From positions 425-64,424 of the forward strand of contig JACOUC010000048.1 in NCBI GenBank assembly GCA_016178055.1: 64,000 nucleotides of DNA. Direction: 5' to 3'. Positions 62,102-64,000 of this stretch are shown here, piece after piece. Positions within the stretch are counted from its first letter, which is position 1, and every line of letters starts with the position of its first letter. The position numbers and the translations under genes were made by a program. This DNA comes from Chlamydiota bacterium. Lineage in GTDB: Bacteria > Auribacterota > JACPWU01. Below the pieces are notes generated by a model that saw only the letters and a list, made by a program, of their open reading frames with translations, did no database searches and was not told the origin of the DNA.

Positions 62102-63798
62102 TTTATCGACGTCTGCTTCAGTTTTCTAAACCTTATCGATCTCGGCTTTTGATGGCCTTCATGTGCATGATTTTTTTTGCTGTTTTTAATACGGGAGTGG
62201 TATGGGCGTTAAAATTTGTTCTTGATGTTGCTTTTGTATCTAAAAATTCTGCGCTTTATTTTTTCGTTCCGGTTTTGATTTTAGTGATTTTCTTGATGCG
62301 AGGTCTAGCTGATTTTGGGCAGGCCTATTATATGAATTGGGTGGGACTTCGCGTGGTCGCTGATATTCGGGAAAAACTCTATCGAAAGTTTCACGAGCTT
62401 TCACTCAATTTTTTTTCGGATCGTAAAACAGGGCATCTCATTTCTCGTGTTACCAATGATGTGGGTCTCATTCAATATGCGATTTCCAATGCCATTACGG
62501 ATTTAGTCAAAGAACCTCTCTCGCTTTTGGGTCTCATGATTTCTCTTTTCTATTTTGATCCGATCTTGGCCTCGGTCTCCCTTTTTGTTTTTCCAATGGC
62601 GGTCATTCCCATTGTCAAGTTTGGTAAACGGGTTGAAGAGGCGACGCGTAAAGCACAAAATCAAGTGGGGGACTTAACTTCCATTTTGCACGAAACCATT
62701 ACAGGTATTCGTGTGGTGAAGGCCTTTTCGATGGAAGGCTATGAAATTGAGCGTTTTAGAGTGGAGAATCATCATTTTTTTAAATCGATGATTGAGGCCA
62801 TACGTTCAGCGGAGGCGACCCGACCTGTGATTGAGGTGATTGGCTCTTGTGCGGCAGGTTTTTGCTTTTGGTATGGAGCCAAGCATTTGAGTGTCGATGC
62901 CTTTTTTTCATTTTTGACCGCCCTCTTCTTAACCTATGAGCCCCTTAAGAAAATAGGAAAGTTAAACAGTGTGATTCAACAAGCCAATGCAGCGGGCGTG
63001 CGAGTTTTTGAGATTTTAGATGAGGTCCCGACCGTCCAGGATTCTTCCCATCCGATTGAACTTCAAGGGATTGAAAAGGGAATTTCTTTTTCAAACGTTT
63101 CTTTTCGATATGGAACGGATTGGGTTTTACAAAACATCAATTTTGAGATTAAAGCGGGCGAAATTACAGCCCTTGTTGGACCCAGTGGATCTGGGAAGTC
63201 AACCCTGGCCAATCTTATCTTACGTTTTTACGATGTTCAGGAGGGAGAGGTTGAAATTGATGGGGGGAATATTACTGAATATTCACTTAAGTCTTTACGG
63301 ACTTTTTTGGGGATGGTGACTCAAGAAGTGATTCTGTTCAATGACACGGTCAAAAATAATATTGCCTATGGTCGTAAAGATATGTCGGATGCAAAAATCA
63401 TAGAGGCGGCTCGAGCCGCTCATGCCCATGACTTTATTGTGGGACTTCCTAAAGGGTATGATACGGTCATTGGAGAAAAAGGGTTTAAGATTTCTGGAGG
63501 GGAAAGGCAGCGTCTGGCCATTGCCAGGGCCATTTTAAAAAATCCACGTTTTTTAATTTTGGATGAGGCGACCTCCTCTTTGGATTCTCACTCGGAACAA
63601 TTTGTTCAAGACGCCTTGAATCATTTAATGGTGGGACGGACTGTTTTAGTGATTGCCCACCGTTTGTCAACAGTTCGAAATGCGCATAAAATTTTGGTTT
63701 TAAATCAGGGAAGGATTGTTGAAACAGGAACGCATGAAGCTCTGATTGAAAAGGGGGGGCTTTATAAAAGGCTTTATGAAGTTCAATTCTCTATCTGA
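62098..63798 (+). CDS. msbA: Lipid A export ABC transporter (permease-ATPase)
   Basis: Six-TM domain plus NBD (GPSGSGKST, ISGGERQRLAIARA, LILDEATS). Follows lpxB with a 4-nt overlap. Confidence 0.85.
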   Translation: MIYRRLLQFSKPYRSRLLMAFMCMIFFAVFNTGVVWALKFVLDVAFVSKNSALYFFVPVLILVIFLMRGLADFGQAYYMNWVGLRVVADIREKLYRKFHELSLNFFSDRKTGHLISRVTNDVGLIQYAISNAITDLVKEPLSLLGLMISLFYFDPILASVSLFVFPMAVIPIVKFGKRVEEATRKAQNQVGDLTSILHETITGIRVVKAFSMEGYEIERFRVENHHFFKSMIEAIRSAEATRPVIEVIGSCAAGFCFWYGAKHLSVDAFFSFLTALFLTYEPLKKIGKLNSVIQQANAAGVRVFEILDEVPTVQDSSHPIELQGIEKGISFSNVSFRYGTDWVLQNINFEIKAGEITALVGPSGSGKSTLANLILRFYDVQEGEVEIDGGNITEYSLKSLRTFLGMVTQEVILFNDTVKNNIAYGRKDMSDAKIIEAARAAHAHDFIVGLPKGYDTVIGEKGFKISGGERQRLAIARAILKNPRFLILDEATSSLDSHSEQFVQDALNHLMVGRTVLVIAHRLSTVRNAHKILVLNQGRIVETGTHEALIEKGGLYKRLYEVQFSI

Positions 63799-64000
63799 AA
63801 AACCTTGGCTTCGCAAGAGAATATTTTGTTTAGGTGTTTCCTATATTCAATGGATAGGAAGTTCCCTTGTTTGGAGGATTGAAGGAGAAAAACATTATTT
63901 ATTAGAGCGCTGTAAAAATAAGCCCATCATCTTTGCTTTTTGGCACAACCAGTTAATGATGATGCCGTTTTGCTATTTGGCTTTGACCCGACGTCAAAAA
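63776..64000 (+). CDS. DUF374-like (lysophospholipid acyltransferase superfamily) protein, 3' end beyond window; not in ORF track
   Basis: My translation from ATG 63776: MKFNSLSEKPWLRKRIFCLGVSYIQWIGSSLVWRIEGEKHYLLERCKNKPIIFAFWHNQLMMMPFCYLALTRRQ. Open to the window end. The IIFAFWH motif matches the family as I recall it. Confidence 0.55.
   Translation, partial: MKFNSLSEKPWLRKRIFCLGVSYIQWIGSSLVWRIEGEKHYLLERCKNKPIIFAFWHNQLMMMPFCYLALTRRQK

Overview
Visibly AT-rich chromosomal window from a diderm, LPS-making bacterium. The lineage cannot be assigned without a database search, but sigma-54/NtrC, LpxI and Skp argue against cyanobacteria. I support about 67 protein genes and one tRNA (Gln-UUG). 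I found no rRNA, CRISPR, transposase, integrase or recognisable defence genes.

Gene blocks:
- 0-6 kb: envelope and miscellaneous genes (permease, Lon-N domain protein, AsmA-like, LysM+beta-barrel protein, HExxH peptidase).
- 6.4-13.5 kb: Fur-associated iron-uptake locus. It holds a secreted 4xCxxC mini-protein, fur, an untracked hemP-like ORF, an outer-membrane barrel, an FTR1 permease fused to a Cys-rich DUF2318-like domain and a YHS/TRASH-like domain, two FtsX/MacB-type permeases, and an ABC ATPase fused to a complete DtxR-like module.
- 13.6-19.3 kb: hemL, pabC/pabB, acyl-CoA ligase.
- 19.4-23.1 kb: poly-gamma-glutamate locus (pgsB, pgsC, two non-canonical partners).
- 23.2-40.6 kb: nitrogen-control hub (ptsN, glnE, glnB-glnA, amtB with glnK and three tiny membrane ORFs, APC-USP permease, glnD, ntrC-like regulator, sigma-54 promoter candidates).
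- 40.8-52.4 kb: housekeeping (purN, nth-like, hisG, bS22-like micro-ORF, ispE, spoVG with a zinc-ribbon insertion, tRNA-Gln, glmU, prs, rplY, pth, rpsF-ssb-rpsR-rplI, dnaB).
- 52.4-64 kb: outer-membrane and lipid A block (bamA, skp, lpxD, lpxC, fabZ, lpxA, lpxI, Gfo/Idh/MocA oxidoreductase, lpxB, msbA, start of a DUF374-like gene).

The most unusual signal is non-coding. About two dozen intergenic hairpin elements have arms made of degenerate heptanucleotide tandem repeats. The arms come in several sequence 'flavours' that co-vary between the two arms, around a shared conserved core and shared termini. GC-rich structured islands and nested GC mini-hairpins accompany them. The best protein-level candidate for an undescribed system is the fused iron-uptake locus. 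All functional calls rest on motif recognition by eye, and no searches were run.
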